From the NCBI GenBank assembly GCA_002633005.1, contig NMRA01000034.1, positions 2,771 through 66,770 on the forward strand: DNA of 64,000 nt, in the 5' to 3' direction. The translations under genes and the position numbers were made by a program. This document shows, piece after piece, positions 23,301-34,937 of the stretch (positions are counted from its first letter, which is position 1; every line of letters starts with the position of its first letter). The notes beneath the pieces are model-generated. The model ran no database searches and was not told where the DNA came from. It saw nothing but the letters and a program-made list of their open reading frames with translations. This DNA is from Phoronis australis (lineage: Eukaryota; Animalia; Phoronida).

Positions 23301-26300
23301 TAATCTTGACTTTGATGAAAATAGTATTTTGAATGAAAATATTACTCGCGATGAAGTAAAGCGGGTAGTGATGAAATCTAAATACAATAAAGCAGTAGGA
23401 ATTGATCATATTTGCTATGAAGTATGTAAAAATGATAACGCTATTGACCTTTTGCCTTATTTGTTCCAAATGGTTTTTCGTTACGCTATGGTTCCTAATT
23501 TATGGGCTAAATATGTTATTATGCCTATCCCAAAGGGGTCAGAGAAGGACCCGCGCGTCCCGCTGAGTTATAGAGGTATCAGCTTGTTGTCTAACGTATA
23601 CAAGTTGTATAGTAGTGTATTGAACAATAGACTGGTTGAGTACGTGGAAGAAAACGGGCTCCTTGTTGATGAGCAAAATGGCTTTCGTCGTAACAGAGCA
23701 TGTGTTGATCACGTCTTTGTTTTGACCTCGATTATACGTAATCGTTTGAATAACAAACAATCCACATTTGCTACTTTTATTGACATGCAAAAAGCTTTTG
23801 ACTGGGTAGATAGAAATAGTTTACTTTTTAAAACGTTGGATCTTATGATAGTTGGAAAATTTTATGAATCAGTTAAAAATATTTATGCCAAAACTCAATC
23901 CTGTGTTAAGATTAATAATACCTTTACGGACTGGTTTTATACATCTTGTGGGGTCAAACAGGGAGATGTTTAATCACTTACTCTTTTTGCACTATTTATA
24001 AATGATTTGGCAAAGGAATTAAAACAGTCAAATTTAGGAATTCCTATCGGTGCTGATAATGTTTCATCCTTGTTTTATGCTGATGATATAGTGGTACTTG
24101 CCGAGAGCGAAGAAAATTTACAGGGTTTATTGAATATAGTTGATAAATGGTGCTCTAAATGGAGGCTAATTGTCAATCAGGAAAAAACTAATGTTATTCA
24201 CTTCAAATCCAAGCATGTCTCACGTAGTTTATATCCGTTTCGGTTGGGTCGACTAGACCTAGAATATGTACCCAAATATAAATATTCAGGAATAATTATA
24301 AATGAACATTTGAAGTTTTCTGAAACTGCTAAAACTCTATCCGAATCTGCCGGAAGAGCTTTGGGCGCTTTAATTAATAAATTTAAAACGAATAAAAATA
24401 TGAGGTACAGAACGTTCACTACATTATTCAATGCTTGTGTTGTGCCTGTTAGAGATTATTGCGTAGGTGTCTGGGGCGGCTCTAGTCTACAGGATTATGA
24501 TGTCATTCAGAATAGAGCCGCGCGATTTTTCTTGGGCGTTCACAAATTCGCTCCTAATCATGCTGTTATGGGTGACATGGGGTGGGAATTCCCCAGTGTT
24601 AGGCGGAAAATTGAGCTTTTGAGAATGTGGAATCGTATTATTAATTTCGAGGATGATAGACTAACCTACCGAATATTTTGGTGGGACTACACTACTTGTA
24701 CTAATAATTGGTCGTCTGAAGTCTTGAGCATTTTTGAAGAATTAGGGATTTCGGATTGTTTTCATGACTTACGTTCAGTTAATCTGTCTCACTGTAAGAA
24801 TATTTTACATGATTTAGCATGTAATAGGTGGTTGTTTGAAAGCCGTTCGAAACCAAAGTTAAGAACCTATGTTTTGATGAAGAATGTCTTTGAAGCTGTT
24901 CCTTACGTGCTTTTAGGCTTAACTCGGCCTAGTAGGTCAATTCTTGCTCAAATTATAACCGGAACCCTACAGATATTGGTTGAGGTTGGACGTTTTCGTT
25001 CTCTAGATTTTGATGACAGAATTTGCTGTCTTTGTCACACTGGTCAGGTCGAAACTGAACTACATTTTCTGTTTGAGTGTCCGTTATTCTTAGATGCCAG
25101 AAACACCTTTTATTGTAGAGTTGAGATTAAATATCCACGTTTCCGTGCAGAAAGCTGTGAAAGTAAATTAATCACAATCATGCAAAAAGATGTTATTAGG
25201 AAAACTTCAGTTTTCATCAAAAATATTTTTGAAGTAAGGAAAAATTATATTTATTTATGATCACTTTTATCTCGGCCTTCTCTTTCTGGTCCTCTTGCAA
25301 TGCGCGTACACTTGTCTTTTCTTTTTTGTATCATGTATCTAAAGTGACTTATAAGCCCCGTGGAGGGCTGGGTGTTCCTAGTGTTTGTAACGTATTCATT
25401 GTTTAAATTCATTTGAATCACATGTCACTATAATAAAAAATGACTTACTTACTTTACTTACTTTATTAAACAGACAGAGCGGATCGTCACTGTCGAATAT
25501 TGGACCAGGTCATGTGGCATGACAATTTTCTGTCCTGGCGTGATAAATTCTGATTTTGATTCTTGAATTGAAAATATGTGCCCTGAATTTATTCCACTTT
25601 GGCTTTCCATAGTTTAGGAAAAAATAGGCATCATTGGTTCTAGTCGGCGCCTGACTCCTTTTAAAACCTGCGCCTAAAAGCTGACATCCGATGGCCCTGG
25701 GTAAAAACGAAGGATCCCGACACATTTCAATTAAGACCAGGGAGCGGGGTCGAATCTTCAGTGTACTCGAAATCGAACTCAAAATATTGTTTTTGACATT
25801 TTATGTCTTAATTTAATATGAACTCAAGATAAGAGTCTAATATTTTATGCTCGAGTACATTATGGTTTACGCAGATGAGTTTCTAGTCCACGTTTGTTAC
25901 AAACTTGCATGAAAACTCGAGATTTCGAGTAAAAACTCGAAAATTCGAGTTGAGAAACGAACTTATATATTTATTACAAGGGTCATCGAGTACAAATTAG
26001 GATCAGACAGTCATTTAGGTAAACCATTACGTAATCGAGCACAGAGTAATAGATACTAATCTTAAGTTTGTAGTAAAGTAAAACAGAAAATGTCAAAACA
26101 AGTTTGATTTCGACTGCTTGTACACCCCGGACCCAGGCGACGCTAAAGGTAGAAATGAGAGACGGAATATGACCCATTTCAGCTAGCATCGTATGGCCTT
26201 CTTTAAATAAGGGCAATTGAACAACAAAAAACATAAGCTGGAACCAATTATGCTAGTTTTTGGTCTTGCATATATTTTACTCCCAAAATTCAACAATCCA

Positions 26301-27233
26301 ACATCGTCAGCCAATCATTTCAGTGGCGGTCATTTTTTGTGTACGCTAGTGGGGTATATTAGTTGTGTAATGTACATATATATATTTATGTATGTATGTA
26401 TGTATGTATGTATATAGCCTTTCGATAGAGTCATCTTGTTTTGTAGGTATTTCCATGTGCCCGGTACAACTTTGAACTCCGGCCGAAATTTACTGCATAG
26501 TTATACCACAAAGTACTTGACCAAAACTGGGGCAATGTATCACTTATTCATGGATGAGGACGCCATTTTTCAAAAGACTGACCCTTCTCTTCTTAACCCA
26601 AGTGTTCGGCCGAAGGTAGATCCAAAGCTACCTATCCTACGGCAATATGAAAACTTTCTACTCAGAATTAAACCAGCTGTAAGCACTTCTATCTATTCGA
26701 CGTCGACTAATGCCAGGAGATTCAAGGAAGACTTTATTACCACATGTTGCAAGATGAAGAATGGAAGCAGGTTGCTATTTCCGGAATTTTTCCCATTGAT
26801 AAGCTTCGACACGTGCTTCTTTGTTTTTCATGCTGACGCAGCTCCTCATTTGCTTCCGATACCGTTGAAATACGAGTCAAAGTCGTGGTGGATGAGTGAT
26901 ATGATACTACCATTCAGGGTGTACGCTAAATATCGAGGACAGGCTCTTGTATATTCTCCAATGCACACCTTGAACCGTGACCATGGGGATTACCCCAAAG
27001 TAGGCGGAGGCGTTGTTGGATATGACGTCATTATGAACGAGGAACGGGACTTAGCGCCATCTTCTATTCGTAATAGCATAGTATGGAAGGATCCTTTGTT
27101 TAAAGGAAAGCGGCAGCCTCCCTACTATTCAATGGTTAATCCACAGTTTGAATATGTTCCATACAGTAAAAATCAAAAGATGGTACCATTTCACGCATTT
27201 CTAAACGTCACTGGCAACGTGCCAACCAAATAG
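20400..27233 (+). CDS. Uncharacterised type II membrane protein, putative GT-A glycosyltransferase; join(20400-20794, 26447-27233), 393 aa
   Basis: Exon 1: short tail, TM segment (FAIGTLVTAVFFLLGFLY), stem with three NGT sequons, then FVYHTQ..CL and VVVLSYK; donor AG|GTAAGA phase 2. Exon 2: acceptor ttgttttgtag|G phase 2 gives R-YFHVP, with GRN, hydrophobic-DED (LFMDED), SWW and N.DH.DYP motifs and an intact ORF to TAG. Confidence 0.8.
20510..20635 (+). repeat. Coding tandem repeat (39-bp unit, SPQILVNGTAKD) in the glycosyltransferase stem
   Basis: gatcctagttaatggaacagcaaaagat twice plus a diverged third unit. Confidence 0.85.
21422..25609. mobile_element. Palindromic MITE in the glycosyltransferase intron, split by the LINE
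   Basis: 21422-21480 (tatggaaattcaaagtgggaaaaattccaggacacatattttc) is inversely similar to ~25555-25609; gtttag flanks both ends; subterminal tcagga/ccagga repeats. Confidence 0.65.
21934..25463 (+). mobile_element. 5'-truncated non-LTR retrotransposon ORF2 (APE endonuclease + RT + C-terminal Cys/His), RTE-X-like, pseudogenised
   Basis: SGGIGVLVK, CYLPPENS, CGDLN, SVVDYIL, PDH (APE); EQNGFR, FIDMQKAFD, GVKQGD, YADD (RT); C..C...ETELHFLFEC; frameshifts and a stop at 23971-23973; AATAAA then (TTAC)n tail; TSD tattaaa(g/c)agaca at 21921-21933 and 25464-25476. Confidence 0.92.
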
Positions 27234-27609
27234 TTATAAAACGGTCCTCAGATGTGCCAACACTCGTGTTCATCTTTGCAGTGTATTGCTGAATTCTTAT
27301 CCATTACCACTTTTATTGGTATGGAATAGTTGAAACTAGACACGATTTTAGAAGTTTTCACAAATCCATTTGTCACAAATACGATGGAGTCATTGGCATT
27401 TAATAACCAATTACTTTTAGGGGACGCCGATTGAAAATCAACGCCTTAATTGTAAGAGAATTCACGCATTTTTTGAGAAACTGAAGTTCAAAAATTGAAA
27501 TAAACTCCAAAATCGCAACGCGAGAAATCGGCAATAACGCACGGCAGTGATCGAGAAGTGCACATTCGACATCATATCAGAATTTCAGGAGTTTCTTGAT
27601 TGTTACAGC

Positions 27610-28445
27610 TAATAATTTTCAAAGTTACTCGAGTAGGGTATTTATTTTTTCTAAGAAACTCCAGATAGCCCAGAAGAGAATCCTTCGTAATATATCAAAT
27701 TCCAGTTATAATGCTCACAATCTGCCCATATGTAAGGACCTTCGCCTCCCTCTACTTCAAGATATCTTTAAAATCTCAACTGCAAGATTTTACTACAAAA
27801 TCCTCAATAATCAGCTTCCTAAGTATATTTACACTAACAACTTCTTTAGTAGACCCATACAATATAAACCAACCAGACACATTAAAACTCCTACACACCT
27901 GAACCAATACCCAGCTCCCATTCCGACGATACAACCAAAAATCTTAATTCCCCCATCCAACAAAGTGTCATCAACAGCCTGTATCAGATCTGAAATTCCT
28001 TGCCTTATAAACAACAACGAAAAACCAGTCTCTGATCTAAATACAATAAAAACACATTCTTTGCAAGCATTCTCCAGGCTCTTAACCAATTTTGTAATGA
28101 ACAGCTACGATCCAATCTGTCATATTTCCAATTGCTTCATATGTAACAGTATCTAACTGTGTTCCCAAAATCTCCTCAGCTGTGCCAGTCCACTTTTTGG
28201 TTCTTAGCGTGTCGGTCGTTCCAGCGCTAATTTACTTTGTTTTCTTAATTATATTTCATAATTTTGTCTCTTCCTCTTTTGGCTTATTCACTTGTTCCTA
28301 CCGATTTCTCCATTTCCATTATTTTTTGTACTGTGGACCTTCTTATTAGCGGTTGAAAACCTTTAGAAGGCCTCCTAATTTAAATCGCAATTATTTAATC
28401 ACTGTATGATGTCTTGATTTAAATAAAGATGTTTCTTTTCTCTCT
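27610..28445 (+). mobile_element. 3' fragment of an L2/Crack-type LINE
   Basis: LQIAQKRILRNISNSSYNAH..PI.K.L.L..L.DIF, terminal C.I.NC.IC, stop at 28156, 3' UTR with AATAAA and a TC-rich tail. Confidence 0.75.
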
Positions 28446-29557
28446 GTATATAATTTGAACATATGATGAATTTGGGTATTGCGCAATGCTGAAATTTAAT
28501 AATAATCATTCAGTTTTAACGACCTAATCAAGTCTGCTCAAATGCTCAGAATAACGTGACTAATTGTGGGCGTAGGTTGTATGTCATTTATCAGAACTAG
28601 GTCAACGCCGCTTTATCGAGGAATTAGGCTCTCGCAAGCTCCGCCTCCAGGCGAAAACTCACGTGACTCCCGACAAACAAGCAAGATGTCAGAGGCAAAT
28701 ACACTGTCGCTAAACGACGTTCATGGTGGAATTGATGGGTGTTTTTTGCACTTTCCGAAAACGCTGCGACAAAGACAACAGGCGGTACTTTTCAGCTGAC
28801 AATCTTACGTTCATGACTTTGGAATTTGTTAAGTTGCGACAATGAAAAAAGTGTCCGAGGAAAAGTATTTACGAGCCAGCGAAAATCCGAAGAACTCCAC
28901 AAGGGGTTCACCTTCACTTGAAAACTGACCAGTCCACTGATCTGATATGTTCATGTAAAGCTGAGTATTTACCTCAAAGTTGAATTATCTGTACTATGCC
29001 ATAGATTTCAGGATATTTCGAACAAAATCAGTGAAGATTCGCTGATATTTTTATTCTGCCGTCTCCTAAATACCGCCAAATGAAAAGTAGGTCACAACTA
29101 ATTGTATTCTCCAAGTAAAGTAGGCCTAGTCGACAGCACTGTTTATGCTTTTCTAATCTTCGAGCGAAATATTTTGATTAACAAAATCAGGTTCGTAGCT
29201 CAGGCACATTCTCATCTTATCCTAGGCAAGCAGTTAGCTCCAGTAGGTCTAGGCCTGTGTCCAAAAGTCAAATTAATGCAAAGAATTGGCTGTAATTCAG
29301 TGCACCATAAAGACATTTAAGTTTGGCTAATCTTCTGATTAACTTCATATTTTGTAGTTTCATTGCATAAACTTAGTGTGCATTTAATTTTTAACGTAGC
29401 ATGATCACTAAGCTGTGATATCTTAACAAAAGATGACGAGTCTAGTGTATTGGCAAAAATTGGCCATTTACAAAAATACTAAAATTGTTTTTAAAGCTTC
29501 ATAAATCCACGTATCGTGTTTGAACAACTACAAAATGAGCTCTCCTTAACTCTACAT

Positions 29558-31341
29558 AGACCCTATTCACGCGGCGGCCATTAAGATCCAAAGCGAGGCT
29601 CACTGCGATAAACAAAGCGAAAGTAGACATTGCGTGAGTTAAATAGCCGGTCTTTCGAGTCCAACCTGGATATTAAATTTTAATGATGTGTCGACAATTA
29701 ACCACAGAGACGTAGAAAATTACATTAGAGAACAAGTCGAGGCGAAAAAGAGTTGTCTGACGAAAGGGTTTAATTTTTATCGGAAAACTAGGATCGAAAC
29801 ATGAAAAGTATATATGTCCAAATTGCGGCGATCGTAGTGTTACGGATTAGGTGTTATGCTGAATGCAGGGTTACGTTTTTTCCTGTAAATTGTTGATCAA
29901 AATACTTTCGCGGACCAGGTCATCTGCTCGTATTGTTGACGAGTTGAAGACATATTCGACAGTGGTGTCTGTCATGTGCAATTAGTCACATCTGGTTTAA
30001 TTTGTTGATCAAGAATATTAACATCAAGCATAGCCTGATCCTATGCACTCACTGGGACTAACAGTTGATTTGTCATTGGTCTGAAAGAATAATTGATGTT
30101 ATTAAGTATATTTTTATTAAAATAAAAAACCAGGCTCGTAATTGAAAATAAAAATTATTTGACCATTAATGCTTTCTTAGTTGTAATAATTCTTACATCT
30201 ATTTCATGTGTTAGATTTCAAATATCAATCTGGACCAAGTTGAATGTTAAAATTAAAGCACCTAATTCGTTCGTCCAAAACATAACATCGTTCTAGAACT
30301 CAATTTCAGTTAACTCAGCAATCATAGTTATCATGTTTCTGCAGGAGCCTCTTTCGTCCGAGGGGAACGGTGCCAGTGCCTACTGAGAGGCGATTTTTTC
30401 GCCGAGTGAGGGCGGGAACAATCTACCTCCCGATCACCATCAATAGCACCCCCGCCCTGTTGCAAGCTCTCATAGGCTCTGCCTCAATTTAAAGTAGTCT
30501 TTTGTGCTCTTAAAAATTGTCACCAGTGTGGTTACAGGTGATTTGAACTCAGAGAGATTTTTCACTAGGGGAATTTTTATGCCTCGTGGGGGGAATTTCC
30601 CGTGATATTTCAATATGTTTGAGAGGGGAATAGGGCCGATATTGGGACCCAAATTTGAGGGATTGAGGGCCCTGTCCTTTTTTGGAAAGAAAAATTATAA
30701 TGTTTCAACCCGTAGCAGGGGCTGATCCAGGTTTTTTAGTTAGGGGGGCAGGGCAAAGGAATAAGCAGCATTTCGGCAGATGCGCGCGCCCAGCCTAAAC
30801 TCTGGGGATGCAGGGGTCTTGAATTATTGGGTTTGCGGACCTGTTGACTAAAAAAAAAACGGTAAACGGGGTTCATTCAGCGCCTATGCGTTGTTTATTC
30901 ACCCCCCGTTGCGCACGTGTGCTAGTCAGCAATTCGCATCCGAACTCAAAAATGGGAAAATGGGATCTGATACAATTTTAGGGGGGCCATGCACCCCCCC
31001 CCCTAAATCCGTAGTCATGAAAACACAGCCTGCCTGGCCCATTCTCCGGTCGTTACTTTGATGCTTAACAACTGACCGACATGCGACAAAATATGATCTA
31101 ACTTTTCGAAAACATTTATAAATTTTACACGGACATATTTTCCTTCGTCGCGGCAACGACCCAACGCTTCCGAATCTCAACGTCTTTAGAGATTGTGAAG
31201 CAGACAGTTGCGTGTCCGTATTTTTTCTAGCCGTTCGCGGAACAACACGGTCTGAAACACAGAACTATGCCGATAAGCTAACAGAGCTATCGTAGCGAGC
31301 CTCATTTTGGAATGCGCCTCCTGTCGGCGTGAATAGGGTCT
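29558..31341. mobile_element. Non-autonomous DNA transposon with AT TSD (ISL2EU/PIF-Harbinger-like)
   Basis: AT|AGACCCTATTCACGC ... GCGTGAATAGGGTCT|AT; contains a nested MITE at 30716-31010. Confidence 0.75.
30716..31010. mobile_element. CAGGGGC(T/G)GATCC-type MITE, right end eroded, flanked by CGTAG; nested fragment related to the 2129 MITE
   Basis: cgtag|caggggctgatccagg ... ccccctaaatc-cgtag. Confidence 0.55.
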
Positions 31342-32269
31342 ATGCGTAGTGTATACTAGAAGTTCTCATCAAAAAGTAATTCAACTGTTTATTTTTTGTG
31401 ACAACAGCTCGAACAGGGCTTCGACAGGGTAAAATGAGCCAACGGCCTTTCAGATATGTTCAATACATGTACTTTTGTGCAACATATCTTTGTTTCGTTT
31501 TATTCCACACAACCACTAACTAATTACTACGCATTTTATGCCCCCCATATTATGTGCCCCCATCAGAAACCTCTTTTATCCTCTCGACAAATCACAGTAG
31601 ACTGCAGCCTATTGACATCATCGTTGTGAGCAACACACCGCACTAACCACAACCTGAGCAGCTTATCGGCTGCTGGGACAGTAAAAAAAGTAGTTTGCTA
31701 AAGGAACGAACGTCACCGTTGTTTACAATATGACGACATTGACCTACACGCATGCTTTTGGTATCGTTCGATTCCTCTCATCGTTCTCAATCCAAAAATA
31801 TAACAAAATGTCTCCTACCCTGCCCATTACAATTTTATCGTCAAGTTTCTTGTTCGCACTATTTCCTAACTCGTTGACACCGCCATGTTCGATCAACGGA
31901 AGGTTGAGCGACATCAGTTGACAACGAATAAAACGCTCACTGGCTGTGCCATCCACCCTCAGTGTTCGTCCGCAAGATTTCCCTCGAATATTACACTAAG
32001 AAATCCCCACCTTATAATAACTTTAGTAGAGTTATGTTCGTTCAGTTCGTCACAAGTCAGCTGGACGAGAGACCCAATCCGCCCAACAGGTCAATTAGGC
32101 CTACTGGGGACTGATCTCTGCCGCATGTCTCGTTTCACAGCATTCGAATTGGACAAATTACTCCTCCATCACGGCCTGTCCTGGCTGCCGGTCATAAAGG
32201 TGTAAATCATTAATTGCTATGTCAAGTGGGTCGACTACGCACCCGGTGGCCAGTTCTGAGGTATGCCCA

Positions 32270-32526
32270 TATTCCGTTGCCTAACTAATAAATTTTATGA
32301 AAATCCGTTGAGGATCTCCGAAGATACAGAGCATTGACATCACATATGTATTAAGATGTCTATGATACAGAGCTAATCGTAAAAAACTAAAATTGCCACC
32401 AGGGGGCACACCGATAGTCAGAGAGGTCCAAAATTCGACGTCGTCCGTCGTCAGCTTCGTAGGAACACATCTGCCAAATCTCATTAAGATCCTGCCGCCC
32501 ACATATGAATGTGGGCGCATAAAAAG
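32270..32526 (+). mobile_element. 3' end of a Helentron-associated (HINE-like) non-autonomous element
   Basis: Homologous to 55060-55325; terminal hairpin cccacat-atga-atgtggg followed by cgcataaaaaa. Confidence 0.6.
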
Positions 32527-32555
32527 CGCACAGATACCTCTATTGCCACAGGTTT

Positions 32556-32603
32556 GGGGTCGAGGGCGTCGTGGGTCGAGGGCGTCGTGGGTCGAGGGTG
32601 TCA
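32556..32603. repeat. 16-bp tandem repeat x3 (GGGTCGAGGGCGTCGT)
   Basis: Seen directly. Confidence 0.85.
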
Positions 32604-32677
32604 GGTGGTCAGGACCATCCTTGTCGTTGCACTCATTTCACTTCATGGATGAAACCTGACTCGTATGTCGACACTTG

Positions 32678-33850
32678 CAGCCGGTTTCATAAAGGTGGTT
32701 TAAAGTTACACCTGGTTTAAACTGGACTTAGACCAGGTTTAATGATAATCTGCATTTCATAAATGTGGTTTAACTTTTAGACCAGTGGTCTTGTAAAACC
32801 TGGTTTAACTCCAGTTTAGACCTGGTCTAAGTCAGTTTTCATTTCACCAACGAGGTCTATATCCTTTAGACCTGTATTAAGATCTTAAACTATGTTTAAC
32901 TTTAGACTTGGTCAGACCCAGGTTTAACTCTTAAATATGTCAGACTTGCATGGTATAGGTACAACTGAACGATGTCGTGGTGTGCAATTGCGACGCAGTT
33001 TTAGAGCGAAAATGTACTATTTCCAATATTCAGGTTTACTACGACATGAGATCAAACGTAGCAGGGGCGGATCCAGGACTTTTTAAAGGGGAGCGGACGG
33101 TCAAGGACTTTTTGAAAGGGGGGACCAAGTCAACAATTTGAAAATTATAGATTTGATATCATTAAAATCAAGGGGAAAAGGGGGCTCCGGACCCCTTGAC
33201 CCCCCTGGATCCGCCTATGCGTAGACCAGTACGTGCTGGAGTGTGTCCTGCAGATTCCTCAGAATACGACTGGTCGAGCAGGTCTCATCGTCGCAAGCCC
33301 TACGGATTTGACTTAAGACAGCATCCTCTGATTCTTCTGACTGAGTTTCACCTCCACTGTTCTCCGATTCAATGTTGCCGGGGAAGGGGTCTTGCCCCCC
33401 CTTTGGCCGTGAAAAATAAACACTAAAATAACACGGAAATAAATTTGGGCATTTATCATTTTACATCTAATCATCAGCATGTTCTTTAATGTGTGTGTGT
33501 TGGGCACACAAATAACATTTTTCCTCATGAGAAAAGCTTTTAGACCTTTGTCGTTAATGTCTGCACTGATTCTACTGGTGTATGTCATTCTATACCCACG
33601 TGATCAAGGTTTCATTGAAACACTTCAATAGTTTCTTTGTTGGGTTTACCCAGCTCGACACAGTTGGGTGCCTTTGATACTTTAAACCTGGTTCTACTGA
33701 ACCAGCTCCCTGGTTTAGCAAAACCAGGCTTTCAGACTTTTAAACCATGTTGGTGAAATGCAAGTTAGGTCTAAAATTAGACCAGGTTTAGGAAGACCAG
33801 GTTTAAGTCTTAAGCCTGGTTTTGTTAAACCACCTTTATGAAATCGGCTG
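32678..33850. mobile_element. Harbinger-like non-autonomous element with 3-bp TSD (TTG)
   Basis: ttg|CAGCCGGTTTCATAAAGGTGGTTTAA ... TTAAACCACCTTTATGAAATCGGCTG|ttg; arrays of CCWGGTTTAA subterminal motifs. Confidence 0.8.
33062..33219. mobile_element. 158-bp MITE with 5-bp TSD CGTAG, nested in the Harbinger-like element
   Basis: cgtag|CAGGGGCGGATCCAGG ... CCTGGATCCGCCTATG|cgtag. Confidence 0.85.
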
Positions 33851-33928
33851 TTGATGTTTGATTGTTTGCATCTTGAAATGTCGAATTAATATGAACTTTT
33901 TCATTTGTGCGAGGATTGTCTGTTTTTT

Positions 33929-33990
33929 ATACATACATGCATGCATGCATGCATACATACATACATACATACATACATACACACACACAC
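33929..33990. repeat. (ATAC)n/(ATGC)n/(AC)n microsatellite
   Basis: Seen directly. Confidence 0.9.
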
Positions 33991-34931
33991 AACGGATAAC
34001 TGTCGGTGCCTATACGCGAAACTTAGGCACATGTACTTACATGCGAAACACTAATATGGTAAAACATTCCTTCAAAAACACACCATTTTTGTTAAAGGCC
34101 CATGAATTATGTGCACATACCCTGTCAATATTTGTTCACCATTTTCGTATTTCATTATGTTAACAGCATTCACATTTTATGGCCTTGTACCTCACCTTTC
34201 AACATGAGGGTTTAGAATTTACAAAAGCAAAGCGAAGAAAACTCAACAATGAAAAATTATCATAATAATATGGAACACACACACACACACTGAAAAATAC
34301 ATGAAATAACAGCAACATGTGAACACATCACCGACATAAATACAAACGACATTACTATAATGTGTAAAGCAGAACATTATTGAGAAAAATAAAAAAATGC
34401 AAGGCAACTTTGACCACAGAAACAAGAGTTACTCCTCTCCAGGGCAGCATTGTATAAGGCAAGCCACTCCCGACTCTGGGACACTAACCTCGTTCACATA
34501 GGCTTCCTGTAAAATAAAGTCAAATTTTTGACTGCATTGACCTTATTTGGAAACTTATTGAGTTGACTGACCTGGTAGTTGAATACTTTACAAGAGAGAT
34601 TATTCCCTATGTAATTAGATACTCAAGAGTCTATTCTATAAGCATTGTAACACAAAGACAAATTGTAGTTCGCAGGATAACATTTGCAACTCAGTGCTGT
34701 GAATTTACAATGAAATAACACCAGCACAGTATACAAACAAACTAATACTGTTATAAAGGTGTTGTCATTATCGAGATGCATCTATGTGGCATTAAAAGTG
34801 ACAATTGTAATTAAATTGTCTTCACTGTGCCCTTTAGTTAAAAGGAATCACGAACCAGAACAGATTAGAATCATCCAGTCCCTCCTAGGAACTAGTCCAA
34901 TGATTTATTTGCATATCAAAAGGAAACAGCT

Positions 34932-34937
34932 TTTATT
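34932..34937 (-). terminator. Candidate AATAAA poly(A) signal of the DPY19L1-like gene (~2.6-kb 3' UTR)
   Basis: First canonical minus-strand AATAAA I found downstream of the stop; an ATTAAA lies near 35290. Confidence 0.3.
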
